A stretch of 63,387 nt of DNA, counting the filler, from Asterionella formosa (taxonomy: Eukaryota): NCBI GenBank assembly GCA_002256025.1. It is 3 parts of 3 records of this genome, joined end to end, with 100 filler letters (N's around TTAATTAATTAA, not from the genome) between each part and the next. Parts side by side here need not be neighbours in the genome. Positions count along the whole stretch, not along the records: positions 30,748 to 61,366 come from NKIB01000844.1; 2 more parts are not named here. The stretch is one strand, 5' to 3'. Below are positions 48,040-59,605 of this stretch, piece after piece. Every line of letters begins with the position of its first letter. The first letter of the stretch is position 1. Made by a program: the position numbers and the translations under genes. Under the pieces are notes generated by a model, which had not been told where the DNA came from, searched no databases, and was given only the letters and a program-made list of their open reading frames with translations.

Positions 48040-49990
48040 ATAAACGAACAAAGGGAGGATCATTTTAGGTGGGGGGGAGGGGTTGAATATAATTTTATAG
48101 AACATTAAATCTAAACATAAAGTCGCACTTGGGTCTTTTAGACATTGGGAAAACGCAGGTGTTAAGGTGTCTTACTTAAGTCCAACATTTTTCAGCGCCC
48201 CTCTAGCATTTCAATTTGTTGTACTAGGCAGAGCTGAGCTCTGTCTCCCAGTGTAATCCCTCCTTACCTATGCCAAGCCTGTAAAGTAATGTTAGCTGTT
48301 CTGATCCACTGAAATTTCTTCATAGTTGTGTGATGCCTTTGGCAAGCATTCCCTGGCAGTAGAAAAAGTGTCAAATCTCATGGGTTAAAAAACCTTCGTC
48401 ATATCTGCCACTGCACATGTAAAGGAAGAATAGCTGGCACACATTCAATCATTTAAGTTCTTTTGGTGACAGATTTCCTGTTTGCATAGGCAACAGATCC
48501 ATCTTTTCCACCCATTTAAAGGCTGCTGTGGGAGGGTAACAAAGCACTGTTTGCGTGGAACAAATAATGAGTTTTCCACCTATTTAAGGGCTGCTGCTGG
48601 AGGATAACTAAGCACTGCTTGTGTGGAACAAATAATGAGAGTACGATTCTCCAGTTAAATTATAATCAACTTTGCTATCTCATCCTTGTATCTCAGCCAT
48701 CTGACCTACAAATAGCTGTAGTTGACCTACTATCCCCTGACCTGTTTATGTGTCTGTTAAAACATACACCCCCACCAGGGGCGAAAAAGGACCTAATAGG
48801 AGATTTCGCTTGGCCTTTCTGTTGAATGCCATGCAAGAAAGAATGGCTGGGAGATAAGACCTATTGATCTTCATACAGTTTTCTTGGATAAATGTAGACT
48901 CACACAAGGGATATTTCATAGCAGGACAGACCTTCACCACCCAGTTCGCTTTCATAACCTCAGGCTTCTGGAGAACAGATGCTCTTATATTCTGACTGAT
49001 AGTCGTGGTCCTTCCTTTATGAATCAAATTTTATCTTTCCTCCATGTTATAACCATCAGGTGCCAGGCATGCCCATGATAGGTTGTGAGGGCCCTCACTT
49101 GCAACCTTTTGGGGTATAATGGAATACCTTTGATAATCATTGGTGCCTGAAGTCCACTGAATGCTTGAATGCAATGTTTCCTTCAATTTGAAGTGTTGCT
49201 TGTCATTTTGTGTATCCCAGTCCATTGCCACATAGAATCATTTTTCGAAAGCAAGGGACCCACAACCTGTGGTGTACAGCAGCTGTTCCCAGAACTGCGC
49301 AATTTGCGTCATTTCTTCTGCAAAATCTGTCCGAACCTTGATTGAGCGCAAGCATCAGCTCTAAATCATCTACATATGTCTCTGCTGCACGTGACTATGC
49401 AGAATGTGATCCCACAAGACCTTTAGAAATTGCACCAAGGATGAAACGCCACATGTGATTGCCAACCACAGCACTAGTGATGCTGCAGAGCCTTGTATTG
49501 TCCCAAGAACCCAGTTTTGGATGTTAGAATAGGATTCTGTTGAAATCCTGAGTGTGGCATGTATCCGGTATGACATTTTTTCCAGTGTTTGAATGGTTTT
49601 GTGTGCTGCCCCCAGACGGCACAGGGCGATTCCTCCCACTGACGGAACGATATGGTAGTAGAACGCTGCTTTCCATAATTATTAAGCATTAGTGCCACTT
49701 TTTTACATATTCTTCTCCCATCATAAGTTAATCCATTGATGCCTTACTTGGTCAAGATTCCCACTGCAAGATGACATTGTTCCATGATCCATGGTGCAGT
49801 GGACCAACCATCGTCCAAAAATTATATGAAAGATCATGTTCAAGTCAGCTTCCATGAGTTGGATGACCCTTAGTTTATCAATTCTTTCTATCATCACCTG
49901 TAGTGCATTCTGCCAACGCTCTATAGTGAACCCAAATTCAAAGTCAAGGGAACCGACATCAATATTGAATACACCATGCAAATAATATCA
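48040..49990 (-). mobile_element. Second Ambal-like LINE relic (RT to 3' end, heavily deleted)
   Basis: GFTIERWQNALQVMIE..IDKLRVIQLMEADLN, LGTIQGSAAS.VLW, manually read MTQIAQFWEQLLYTTG. Confidence 0.8.
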
Positions 49991-50717
49991 TCTTTTAATA
50001 TGGTCTTGTAATGTCCTATGTGCCTCCCGCTTGGGGAGGAAGATTTTTTTCCAAAACCTGTTTAAATCCTTGTAGCTTGCATAATATCATGTTTCATCGA
50101 GACTATATTACCAGTATGTATTATAAGTTGGAAGAGGTTCCTTCGTATGTACTTGCACTTCATGTCCATACATACTACTGCAGAATACTCCTAAATGAAA
50201 AGAGTAAAAATGATATTATTTACATTTTTTATTGCTTCCATACTGAAGAACAGTTTGATGCAGTCATGATCATGGCAGCTAGCAGCTATATATAGTAGGA
50301 TCTACACCATGTACGGGTCTAGTGGAGTAACTTTTATACATGAACCCTGTATAGTAGATGTGGGTGCAGCCATTACATAGTCACAATTTCATGCGAAGTG
50401 ATGAATTGTGAATGTAAAACATCTTATATATACAGCAAATAATTTTTTTTCAGGACTTCCAATTTCTTGATTAAATATGAGGCACAAGCAATAGCTGCTT
50501 CTACTATTCTGTAGAAAAAAGTTAAAAGAAATGCAAGAAAAATGATACAGGACACAACGTGCTTGCTGATGTTGCAGAACAGAAAGTGGTGGACAGGCTG
50601 TACCACATCAATCTCACAAACGACTGTCTAAGTAGCACATTGTTGGCCATTGATATGCTCGATTATAAAATGGCCAAAACCTTCCAGCTGTTGACTCACG
50701 TTGAGATCGATTTTCAG

Positions 50718-51557
50718 TTAATTTGACTTTGTTGTTGCGATGCTCTCGTTTTCTTGCTTCGCAACATCCCCAACGTCCCAATAGTCTATGTGTGCGCCAC
50801 TTTCAAAGTTACCTGATAGTACCAGCTGGGCCAACTTATTTGAACTCTTCTCAGGGGACAGCAAGTCTCCCTTTTCGTGTGCTTCTTTGTACCAGGTTGC
50901 AACATTTGGCTCCAGGTCTTTGCTGGCTCGAATGTAATCCGTCATTTCTGTTTGCACTGCCCCAGGCGCCCAGTTGATAATCTTCATGGAAGGCATCTCT
51001 TTGGCCAAACAGGCATGAAACATGTCTCTAGCTGCTTTGCCAGTGCAATAGGAGGCCATTGTCGGAACAGGCGAGATGGCGCATAGCGATGAAATGTTGA
51101 TCAATGTACAGTCGATATCCGAGGCGTGCGGCTGTAATGCCTGTGCTAACCTTATCGAAAACCACAGGGATGAAGTGATGTTGAAGTCCATGTACTGCTG
51201 AAACGCTTTCACGGACTCATTCTGGTCAATCACCGCTCCTAAGTGACCAATTGAACCAGCATTATTGACGACAATCACTCGATTGTAGTTGCTGAATGGC
51301 CTGGCTGCGTCCAGTATACTATCAATGTTATTATCCAATTCATTCAAATTTGAAAGATCCATTTCATATATGACAGATTCGATTTCAACGGCCGAGTTCA
51401 TTTGGCTCTGAGTTTCAAGCAAGTCACTTCGAGTTCGAGATATTAGAATCGCTTTGAACTTCATCGTTGAATTGTCTGTCGATTTCACAAGTGCTTTGCT
51501 GACTGCTCGACCAATCCCTCGAGACGCTCCAGTAATGACTAGCAATGTAGACTGCAT
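50718..51557 (-). CDS. Sepiapterin-reductase-like short-chain dehydrogenase/reductase
   Basis: VITGASRGIG, NNAGSIG, NISSLCA, YCTGKAARDM (YxxxK), NWAPGAVQTEM, FESGAHIDYWD. Confidence 0.92.
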   Translation of the reverse strand: MQSTLLVITGASRGIGRAVSKALVKSTDNSTMKFKAILISRTRSDLLETQSQMNSAVEIESVIYEMDLSNLNELDNNIDSILDAARPFSNYNRVIVVNNAGSIGHLGAVIDQNESVKAFQQYMDFNITSSLWFSIRLAQALQPHASDIDCTLINISSLCAISPVPTMASYCTGKAARDMFHACLAKEMPSMKIINWAPGAVQTEMTDYIRASKDLEPNVATWYKEAHEKGDLLSPEKSSNKLAQLVLSGNFESGAHIDYWDVGDVAKQENESIATTKSN

Positions 51558-52040
51558 TGTGATTGAAAATGGAGGGAAGGAATATTAATAAATAGGGAAT
51601 AGACTATTACCGATAGAATATCATTACATGGTTTTTATGGTGCCTGATGTTGTGGTCTGATGAGAGGGGCTCACAACATGATACACGGTCATGGCCTCAT
51701 GACAGGCAGATATGTCATAATACCGGTGCTTGGAATACCGGTACCAGTACCAGGTACTGTACACACGGAGTGAGTGAAATCATGAGTATTTTGCAGGCTT
51801 CAATTTTAAATGTATTTTCCGGGAAACATTCTTTACATTACAAAAATTGCACATACATTGAAATTACATATTACACCGTTATAATACAAATCACATTACC
51901 GTCTGCATCGTCAAAACTCACCTTACATGGCGAATATAATGATGCAACCGGCTTGCTGATCGAGAAGTAATTGTCAATTGTACTCGTTCATTCCCTTTTG
52001 CCCTGGCATCTCGTTTTAGAGGTCCATAATATCTGCGAAC

Positions 52041-52961
52041 ATGCGCTGTGTCTATACGTTGCTCGTTCTGATGGCCCATCACTGCGCCTCTGGCTTTGCG
52101 CCGAGAAAGTTAACCTCATCAGTTCTGTTTCGACAGAATTCGCTACCAACAAAACTCTTCGTCGAGCGTGTTTCGATCGAATATTGCACTGGTTGCCGAT
52201 GGATGCTTCGATCAGCATGGATGGCTCAAGAACTACTAACAACCTTTCAAGACGAACTGGGTTCGGTAACGTTAGTTCCCAGTAGAGTCAAACCCGGAGG
52301 CGTCTTCACCGTTCGCTGTAACAATCAAATTCTTTGGGACCGAAAAGAACAAGGAGGATTTCCAGAATCAAAGGAGCTAAAACAACGAGTCAGAGATTTA
52401 ATTGCACCCGAGCAGTTTCTTGGACATTCTGATTCGGATGGGCGACTAGTAGCAGCCGTCACGACGGCAAATGATTGTGAAGACTGTCCAACTCCGCCAA
52501 CTGCTGGTACTGCATTTGTTGACTATGTTGCCCCTGAACCGCATGTTGCCATCACCTATTGTACGGGATGTCGGTGGTTACTACGTTGTGCGTGGTTTGC
52601 TCAGGAAATGTTGACAACTTTTGATTCGGAACTGAACGCCGTTACATTAATTCCAAGTCGACCGTCTGACAGTGTCAAAGGAGGAACTTTTGTAAGTTTG
52701 AAGTTGTTTCGATTTATTCATGTCGCCCCCCAGCATATCTAATATATCATCAAAATTAAGAAGGTGCAATTGAATGGAGAATTACTGTGGGACAGAACAA
52801 GTGAGGGGAGATTCCCTGAAATCAAGGAATTAAAGCAACTGGTACGCAACAGAATTTCTCCTACTAGAGATCTTGGACACAGTGACAACAAAGGAGAAAC
52901 GCTTGTCGAAATGGATGACGACGAAGCTGATAGGATGCGTAAGTTCTTTGGTGTCATGTAG
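52041..52961 (+). CDS. Tandem two-domain SelW/Rdx-family (SelT/SelW/SelH) redox protein, plastid-type leader; intron 52692-52760
   Basis: Two copies of V.I.YCTGCRW.LR.AW.AQE.LTTF..VTL.PSR..GG.F.V..N..LWDR..G.FPE.KELKQ.VR..I.P..LGHSD; ASG-FAP leader; GTAAGT..TAAG intron restores the frame. Confidence 0.92.
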
Positions 52962-53111
52962 GGACAGTTTTAGTATGCCCTTGGACGTCTCGTTGGCGCG
53001 ATGTCAACATAAACGCTTGAAACAAATCTTTCCTCTCTCTTCCAAGGACAGCAGCGATTTGCAATTATTCAGGTTCTAGAATAGATTAAAATTCAAAGAG
53101 AATCCAATTCC

Positions 53112-53978
53112 TCAATCATCAGGAAATACAGCAATCATGGACCTTAGTTCACAGTTGTCGAAGGAGCTCCTCATACTTTGCTCCCAGTCCCTATCTCCAC
53201 AGTATCGCACCACAGGATGTTCTTCCGCCTCGCCACCCAGCGTCTGAGGTGGCTTCATTGGCACACCATATCCCCAATTCAAAACACATCTTAGGAAGGC
53301 GGAATGTGTACAGACCACTACTTCATTGGGTGGACAAGACATCAAGTACCGAAAAAAGGTTCTACCGCGGGCTGCCACATTGACAAGGTCGGCCGACTCT
53401 CGGTGGTGCTCCCACACGTTTGGATCACCTAGTTTTGCTGCATATGAATTCCATATGGGATCTTCTTCCTCAATGACGGCACTGAAATCTACCATTGGGT
53501 AATCCTTAGCAATCTCTGTAATCGATCTTCGTTTATCGCATAGAAAGTTGACCGTTTCTCGAAGTGACTCGTGGGCAACAAACGTAGTTGATTTTGGAAA
53601 ACACAACAAAGCTGTCTGCACACATCTTGTCATAGTGGAGGTAATGACCATATTCGTATTAAGATCCCATCTCTGGGCCAATTCCTCACATTGCTGTATG
53701 CCAAGGTCCGTAAGTCTAGCGTCGAGATTGGCCTCGGAACGATAGTCCGCATTGACGTTGTGAGTACCTTCGGCATGGCGCACCACGTGGATAATCTTGT
53801 GAGAGTCTGGAAATTTGGTCGCGATCTCGTGGCGTGAAGAGTATGGATAAATGTCCACTGCCACCATTCTGTTACTGCTGACAACAAGCCTTGTTCTTGT
53901 GTTAGACTGATTGAGGGATCCGGCTGTAGCGAAAACACTTGCCAGAAAGACTGGTAGCATGCAATGGTCTAACTTCAT
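53112..53978 (-). CDS. Histidine phosphatase (phosphoglycerate-mutase-like) family protein with signal peptide
   Basis: HVVRHAEGTHN, DARLTDLGIQQ, STMTRCVQTA, LRE..CDKRR, VVCTHSAFL, FDNCELRS. Confidence 0.9.
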   Translation of the reverse strand: MKLDHCMLPVFLASVFATAGSLNQSNTRTRLVVSSNRMVAVDIYPYSSRHEIATKFPDSHKIIHVVRHAEGTHNVNADYRSEANLDARLTDLGIQQCEELAQRWDLNTNMVITSTMTRCVQTALLCFPKSTTFVAHESLRETVNFLCDKRRSITEIAKDYPMVDFSAVIEEEDPIWNSYAAKLGDPNVWEHHRESADLVNVAARGRTFFRYLMSCPPNEVVVCTHSAFLRCVLNWGYGVPMKPPQTLGGEAEEHPVVRYCGDRDWEQSMRSSFDNCELRSMIAVFPDD

Positions 53979-54585
53979 GCGATGGGATGAGTGCAGTGAC
54001 GGTGGTGGACAGCAACGTCAGGGGTGTGTTGAATCCGTACAGGTGAAGAAGGATGTCGGCTGATAATACATCCGGAATGATAGTAACTCAGAATCGCGGA
54101 GCAACATTCCTCGATGCGTCATGATGGTGGAATAATATCAGAATGCTCTATCATGTATTATATTCCGACAATGTACCGGTATCACAAATTCTGGCCGACT
54201 TCATTTATATAGGGCAGGCACGTATGTGTGAATAATTCTTTTTCCATACTGTATACTCCAGATGTTCCGCATTTGTGTCTCTATTTGCCAGGACAGCCCA
54301 ATGATATTCCGGTACAGATACCAGGTACCAGGTACCTGGTACTATCCAAGATTCGGTTTTATACATAGGCATCATCCGAGAATCTTCGTACATTGTACTA
54401 AAGAATGGAAGCAACATTATTATATGATGCCGGTATACAGTACCTGGTACAGTCTTTGTGTAGATCTTGATCCTTTCACACTCCCACCACAACAACGTCA
54501 TCATCAGCATACCGGTACATGGTAGTTCTCGTCGCTCTGCTTCAAAATTACAGCGCAGCCAGCCTCTGTCCCGACTCTCGTCGTC

Positions 54586-56052
54586 ATGACGCCATCTCGC
54601 ATTCTGTTTGGCTCTTGCAGCTCCCAGTGGTACGACCAACCGTTGTGGCCCAACATAATTCGGCGGCAAGCGACTGCGTGGGTTTGGGGAGGCGATGCGA
54701 TTTACGCCGATCGGAATACAGGCTTGGATTGGAGCACCTTCCCACCACACACGATTGTCCAAGAGGCAACTCCCGACATTCTGGTCAAGCTATACAAGGA
54801 ACAGAGAAGCCACCCTGTGTACTCTCAACTGATTCAGAATACAACCATATTTGGAACCGTTGATGATCACGACTACGGAGCGAATAATGGGGACAAGAAT
54901 TACAAACACAAACGTGAAAGCGCCATTGCGTTCGTGGAAACTTTTCTGGGAATGCCAGATGACTCTGCTATGGCAAAGCGGGCCAGAGATGGTAGAGGTA
55001 TTTACGGTGTCAAAGTTTTTGATTTCAAGCTATCGCAACCACTACTATCGGACAATGATGCAGGTGTTGATGCGGACGTGCCAGCGACAGATGGAGTTAA
55101 TTACTCGGACCACTCAGTGGCGGTCTTTGCCATTGATGTACGGTCGCACAGGACACCGTGGGGTTGTGGATTTAAAAAGTTCTTCCCCAACTACGAAGGG
55201 GACTTCCTTGGTGACGACCAGTGGGTTTGGTTGGAGGAATCACTTCGGAGGTCCAAAGCGAAAGTTAATGTCATTGTCACTGGTATACAAGTCCACGCCG
55301 ATCGCTACCCTGACGGCAATATAGCGGAATCATGGTCGAAATTTCCAGCAGCTCAAGCAAGGCTTTACAATGTTATTCTCGAATCAAACTTATCCGCTCC
55401 CATATTGATTTCTGGTGACGTTCATCACGCACAGCTCCTTCGCAAGGATTGTTACTACAATGGAAAAACTAGACCACTGATGGAGATTACTACTTCAGGG
55501 TTGACGCACTCATGGGGGGCGCGATTTTGTAGTCGACCTGACAGTAACTTCCTCTGTCAATCTTCGCACACCACACTTGCAACTCGATTGGCTATGACGG
55601 TCGGACATATCATCAATCCTTGGAACGATTTGATTAAGGATAGAGGCGCGGAAGGGGCTAAGAATGGTTTGCAATATTCTCTAGAGTTGAATTTTGGGGA
55701 AATCGACGTGGATTGGGAACTAGGAGCTGTTCAAGTAAGAATTATTGGACTTAAACCAAACCCGCTCTTATCACAACGCTGGACGTTTGAGGAATTAAAT
55801 GGACAGGCAAAGATGGGAGGTGGAACATTGAAAGTTGGCGACTTTGAAAAAGCGAGTTCATTCGATACGGGTCCATGGGTTTGCTTGAATTATCGAGGAA
55901 TATCTAATCCAGTTCACTTGCTTTTCACTACCTCCCTTTCATTGCTACTTGTTTCTGCACTCCTATTTTATCCTTTGACGCTAATAGTATTGTGTGGATG
56001 TTGGATACGTCGTCGGTCGTCTCGTCGGCGCAACAAACTCAAGGCCATTTGA
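54586..56052 (+). CDS. phoD: Alkaline phosphatase D (PhoD-like) with C-terminal transmembrane anchor
   Basis: ILFGSC, WVWGGDAIYAD, GTVDDHDYGANNGD, DVRSHR, LGDDQWVWLE, ESWSKFP, ISGDVHHA, EITTSGLTH; true 5' end may need an upstream exon. Confidence 0.92.
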   Translation: MTPSRILFGSCSSQWYDQPLWPNIIRRQATAWVWGGDAIYADRNTGLDWSTFPPHTIVQEATPDILVKLYKEQRSHPVYSQLIQNTTIFGTVDDHDYGANNGDKNYKHKRESAIAFVETFLGMPDDSAMAKRARDGRGIYGVKVFDFKLSQPLLSDNDAGVDADVPATDGVNYSDHSVAVFAIDVRSHRTPWGCGFKKFFPNYEGDFLGDDQWVWLEESLRRSKAKVNVIVTGIQVHADRYPDGNIAESWSKFPAAQARLYNVILESNLSAPILISGDVHHAQLLRKDCYYNGKTRPLMEITTSGLTHSWGARFCSRPDSNFLCQSSHTTLATRLAMTVGHIINPWNDLIKDRGAEGAKNGLQYSLELNFGEIDVDWELGAVQVRIIGLKPNPLLSQRWTFEELNGQAKMGGGTLKVGDFEKASSFDTGPWVCLNYRGISNPVHLLFTTSLSLLLVSALLFYPLTLIVLCGCWIRRRSSRRRNKLKAI

Positions 56053-57492
56053 TAGCCCGTAAGGCAGCTTCTCGGCTTTGTTCGAATGCCTGGATGGCGG
56101 CATCTTGGCGTCTCTTTTCTAGACGATTCCAGAATATCACAAGATTCATCCACACTGAGACAACAATAGCCAAGAACACTGGAACCATAAGAATTGCTGC
56201 CGTTGGAAATACCGTAGCGACAGAGATGGTAACAACCAGTTGTGATATAAAGTAAAGTAATCCGATGCAAGACCCTAACGCAACTCTACGCTCATTGATA
56301 AACACCCTGTGCCACTCATCTGTAAGCGCAGTTTGTATCAGGCAGCGCTTCATAAGACCTCTGGCTGTCGATATCTCCACTGTCGACTCGATCGCCAAGG
56401 TAACCGCCAGCAACTGTAACAATCGAAGTGGAAGCCATGTGGCTGGAAATAGCATGGGAATTGGCTCAAACGGCTCGCTTCGGGGTAAACTGGGAGTTGC
56501 CATCATGCTGACCCACGCTTCCGGATCTTGCATCCATTGGAAAATATGCCAAGGTCGAGTAAAGACTCGCGCCACTACAGACCTTCTTTTCGTCGTTGAA
56601 AAATGAGAGGCAGCCACTTGAATTCTAAGTGGGCCTCCCCACACTGCTACGGCACTCGATGCAGCGTGACCAGTCCCTATGACTGCCCCCATCCACAACA
56701 TGGAACACCACCAAGAGCAACTCCCATTTGCGTTACGACAAGGTGTTCTCGAGAGCCCAACCATCCATTCCATTAGATTGGAAAGTACGAACAAGATACA
56801 AAGCTGTGCGGCTGTTCTCGATAATGCCCGAAAGGCCGCTGGTAACTCGAAGAAACGCACATAGAGATGTTCCATCCGTGTATACGTAGTTCGAAGGTAG
56901 CGTCCCATGGAATAATCATATACCAAGTCACCAACTGTATTCAAAGATCTGCGGGCAACAATTCTGGAATTTATTCAGATAGTTTGAGAAGCATAATCCA
57001 TGTGCAAATATACTTGCCTGAAGGGCATACTTACAATGGGGCCAAAAGTCGCAAAGTGCCCATAAAGGCAGATATAAATGCTCCACTGGTAGCTAGAGCT
57101 ATTCGAATCAGTCGGGCTGTTGCGGCGAGATCCACAGAAACACTGGCTTCGGTTGTTGATTCTCGCAACAGTGATGATTTCTCGTCGACGTAGTCGAAAG
57201 ACGTGGACTTCCCAAAGGCATTGCCTTGCATATCAATAGTAAGACGACCATTCCTTTGCTTGCCGGACATAAATTCCAGCTGATTTACAGTCTGCTTTCG
57301 TTTTGTACGTCGGTTAATTTCTTGGTCCACCACAGACTCGTCAGGATTGCCCACAATAGCACCAAGCAGATCAACCGAGCTGAGATCACTGAAAGGGACA
57401 GGTATGGTCCATTTGTTTCTTCCTACTGATTCCCTCGCTACCACTCGCCCTGCTATGACAAGAAGAAGCGCAGCCCTTCTATGAATCGGCAT
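56039..57492 (-). CDS. Hypothetical multi-pass membrane protein; intron 56964-57034
   Basis: Two long ORFs joined in frame by a 71-bp GTAAGT..CAG intron (..LAPL|IVARRSLNT..); N-terminal hydrophobic leader and several hydrophobic segments. Confidence 0.85.
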
Positions 57493-57999
57493 GATTGGGC
57501 GATCGCTTTATTATGCGGCACCAGTGTACTGTGTTTATGCCGTTACACCAAAAACATGATGACATTCAAAGAATCGGAGTTCTGTCGAGGGTCACATCAT
57601 CATCGGACAAGTACCGGTATGCATATTGGCGCCGAGTGAGAAGGGGTTCAGCACTGCTGGGCGTGCTATGCATTTGTTCCTAAATGTAATATATAACGTT
57701 ACCGGTATGAAGATAGAAACGTGCTACATACATCATTGAAAACGTTGCTTTATGGGTCTGGTCATAAAACCAGCGTATATCAAGCTATTATTTTTGATAA
57801 AGCTATTCATGCCCGAATATTGATCATTAGCGGTCATAGCTATTAGCTGTTACCCGCATCGGAATTTAGAGTATTTATATCGTGTTTACCGTTAGTGGGC
57901 TCGTAAAAATATTTGCGTTTTTTTAATGCATTATCGGTACCATATGATGCATATTATATTCACAGACTAGTTATCATTTCAAAATTCATTTTGAAAAAA

Positions 58000-59450
58000 T
58001 ACTATGATATTGATTTTCCAACTTTGGTCTTGACTGTTGCCAATGTAGGTATCTTTGTTGTTCCAAATGAGTATCACCAACAGTAATGGGTAGTTCCTCC
58101 TCACTATTCTTGAAGGGTTTTTTCTTGGATATCTCCTTTTGTCCATTCTTATTTTTTTAGGGACATCTGGACATGCTCATTTGTTGAAGAATTGTTTCCA
58201 AATATCAGTAACAGATCTGTAATTTTACAGAGATTCTAGAATATATGGCATCATTCCAATAACAAATTGGTTTAGGGCTTCGAAAGGTGTAGCACCACCA
58301 TGGATGCCCTGTTTATCACCACCAAAATAGTGTTACATGAGGGCCGGAATGATGGTGTTTTGTGATATTTGTCTACACCATTCATCTTTCATCACATATT
58401 TTGGCGATTTCGCTTGATGTCATACTAGTGAGAAGGTCAATTTGGTAACTTTCCATCTGAATGATTACTATTATTTAGAACCCAGCCAAAATGGTTTAGT
58501 GTATGTCACAAGAAGCCATGGTTCGCATTTTGCATCTGGATTGATAATATGTTTGACCAATGGTAGGATTTCCTTAGATCTGTAGAAATAATTAACTTAG
58601 GTCAAAAGCTAAAATAACATTTGATGAAAGCACTTTAAACATTACGTCTAGAGATCAATTGACTTGATCAAATGGACTAGAATCTTCAGATCATTAATTG
58701 GAAAATCATTTGATAACACAGTAACGGTTCTGTATTAATGACGATGCCATTGTTTGATCAATGAGTTTAGAATATATTGATATATACATACATTCGATGT
58801 ACAATACTAACAGTAAAATAATTGATGCAACATAAGAAACTGTTCGATATAATAACAATATGTATACAATCATGCATACTAGTAGTATGCACACACAAAA
58901 AGTTATTGATCAATAACTTTTTGTGTGTGATCTTTTTTTATGTATAATCGATAAAAAAATTACGTCAAACTGCGATAATTTTGGGGCAGTCAATAATAGA
59001 GCAAAAGGGTTGTGTCTAACTCTTTTTTCATTCACAGATGCAGCATCATGCAAAAACTGTGCAGCATAACTATCTGTAGATCTTGGCTCAACTTTTCTGT
59101 GGGGTTGCAACCTTGGCTGGCTGCATGGCCAAGAGTGGCCATGAATCTTTGCTGAATAGGAATGGTGAGCACATCGAAAATAGCCATCACTCTCATTTGA
59201 GTCATGATGAACCTTCCTTGAAAAACCTGAAATGAGCTCTTATGCAACTGTTCAAGCTCATTTCAAGATGCCTGTGTGCCTTTGGGTTGGCAAAAGAATT
59301 CGCATCAAGGCAACTATGGCTGGGTTGGTATACATTCATCCTTTGGCAAGAAATTGATGATTCCATTGCTGCTTGGTCATGATTTGGGTATATAAATATA
59401 TTCAGTTTGAATATACCTAAAAGTACACACAATTATTTGGGTCTATCGAC
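58000..59450 (-). pseudogene. Highly decayed DNA-transposase relic, possibly Plavaka/CACTA-like
   Basis: Manual translation at ~58230-58335: YFGGDKQGIHGGATPFEALNQFVIGMMPYILESL; AT-rich, stop-riddled context. Confidence 0.35.
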
Positions 59451-59605
59451 ATTTTTCCGGACCATACCAGCACTGACTAGAGTCTACAGAATACCAGGCT
59501 TTGGCTAAACCATTAATCGAAATATGTAGCTGAATTTTTTTTAAGTACAAACGTGTTTTACCGGACCTTCCATTGCCATGAACATCACAGTAAAACGATA
59601 ATTTG

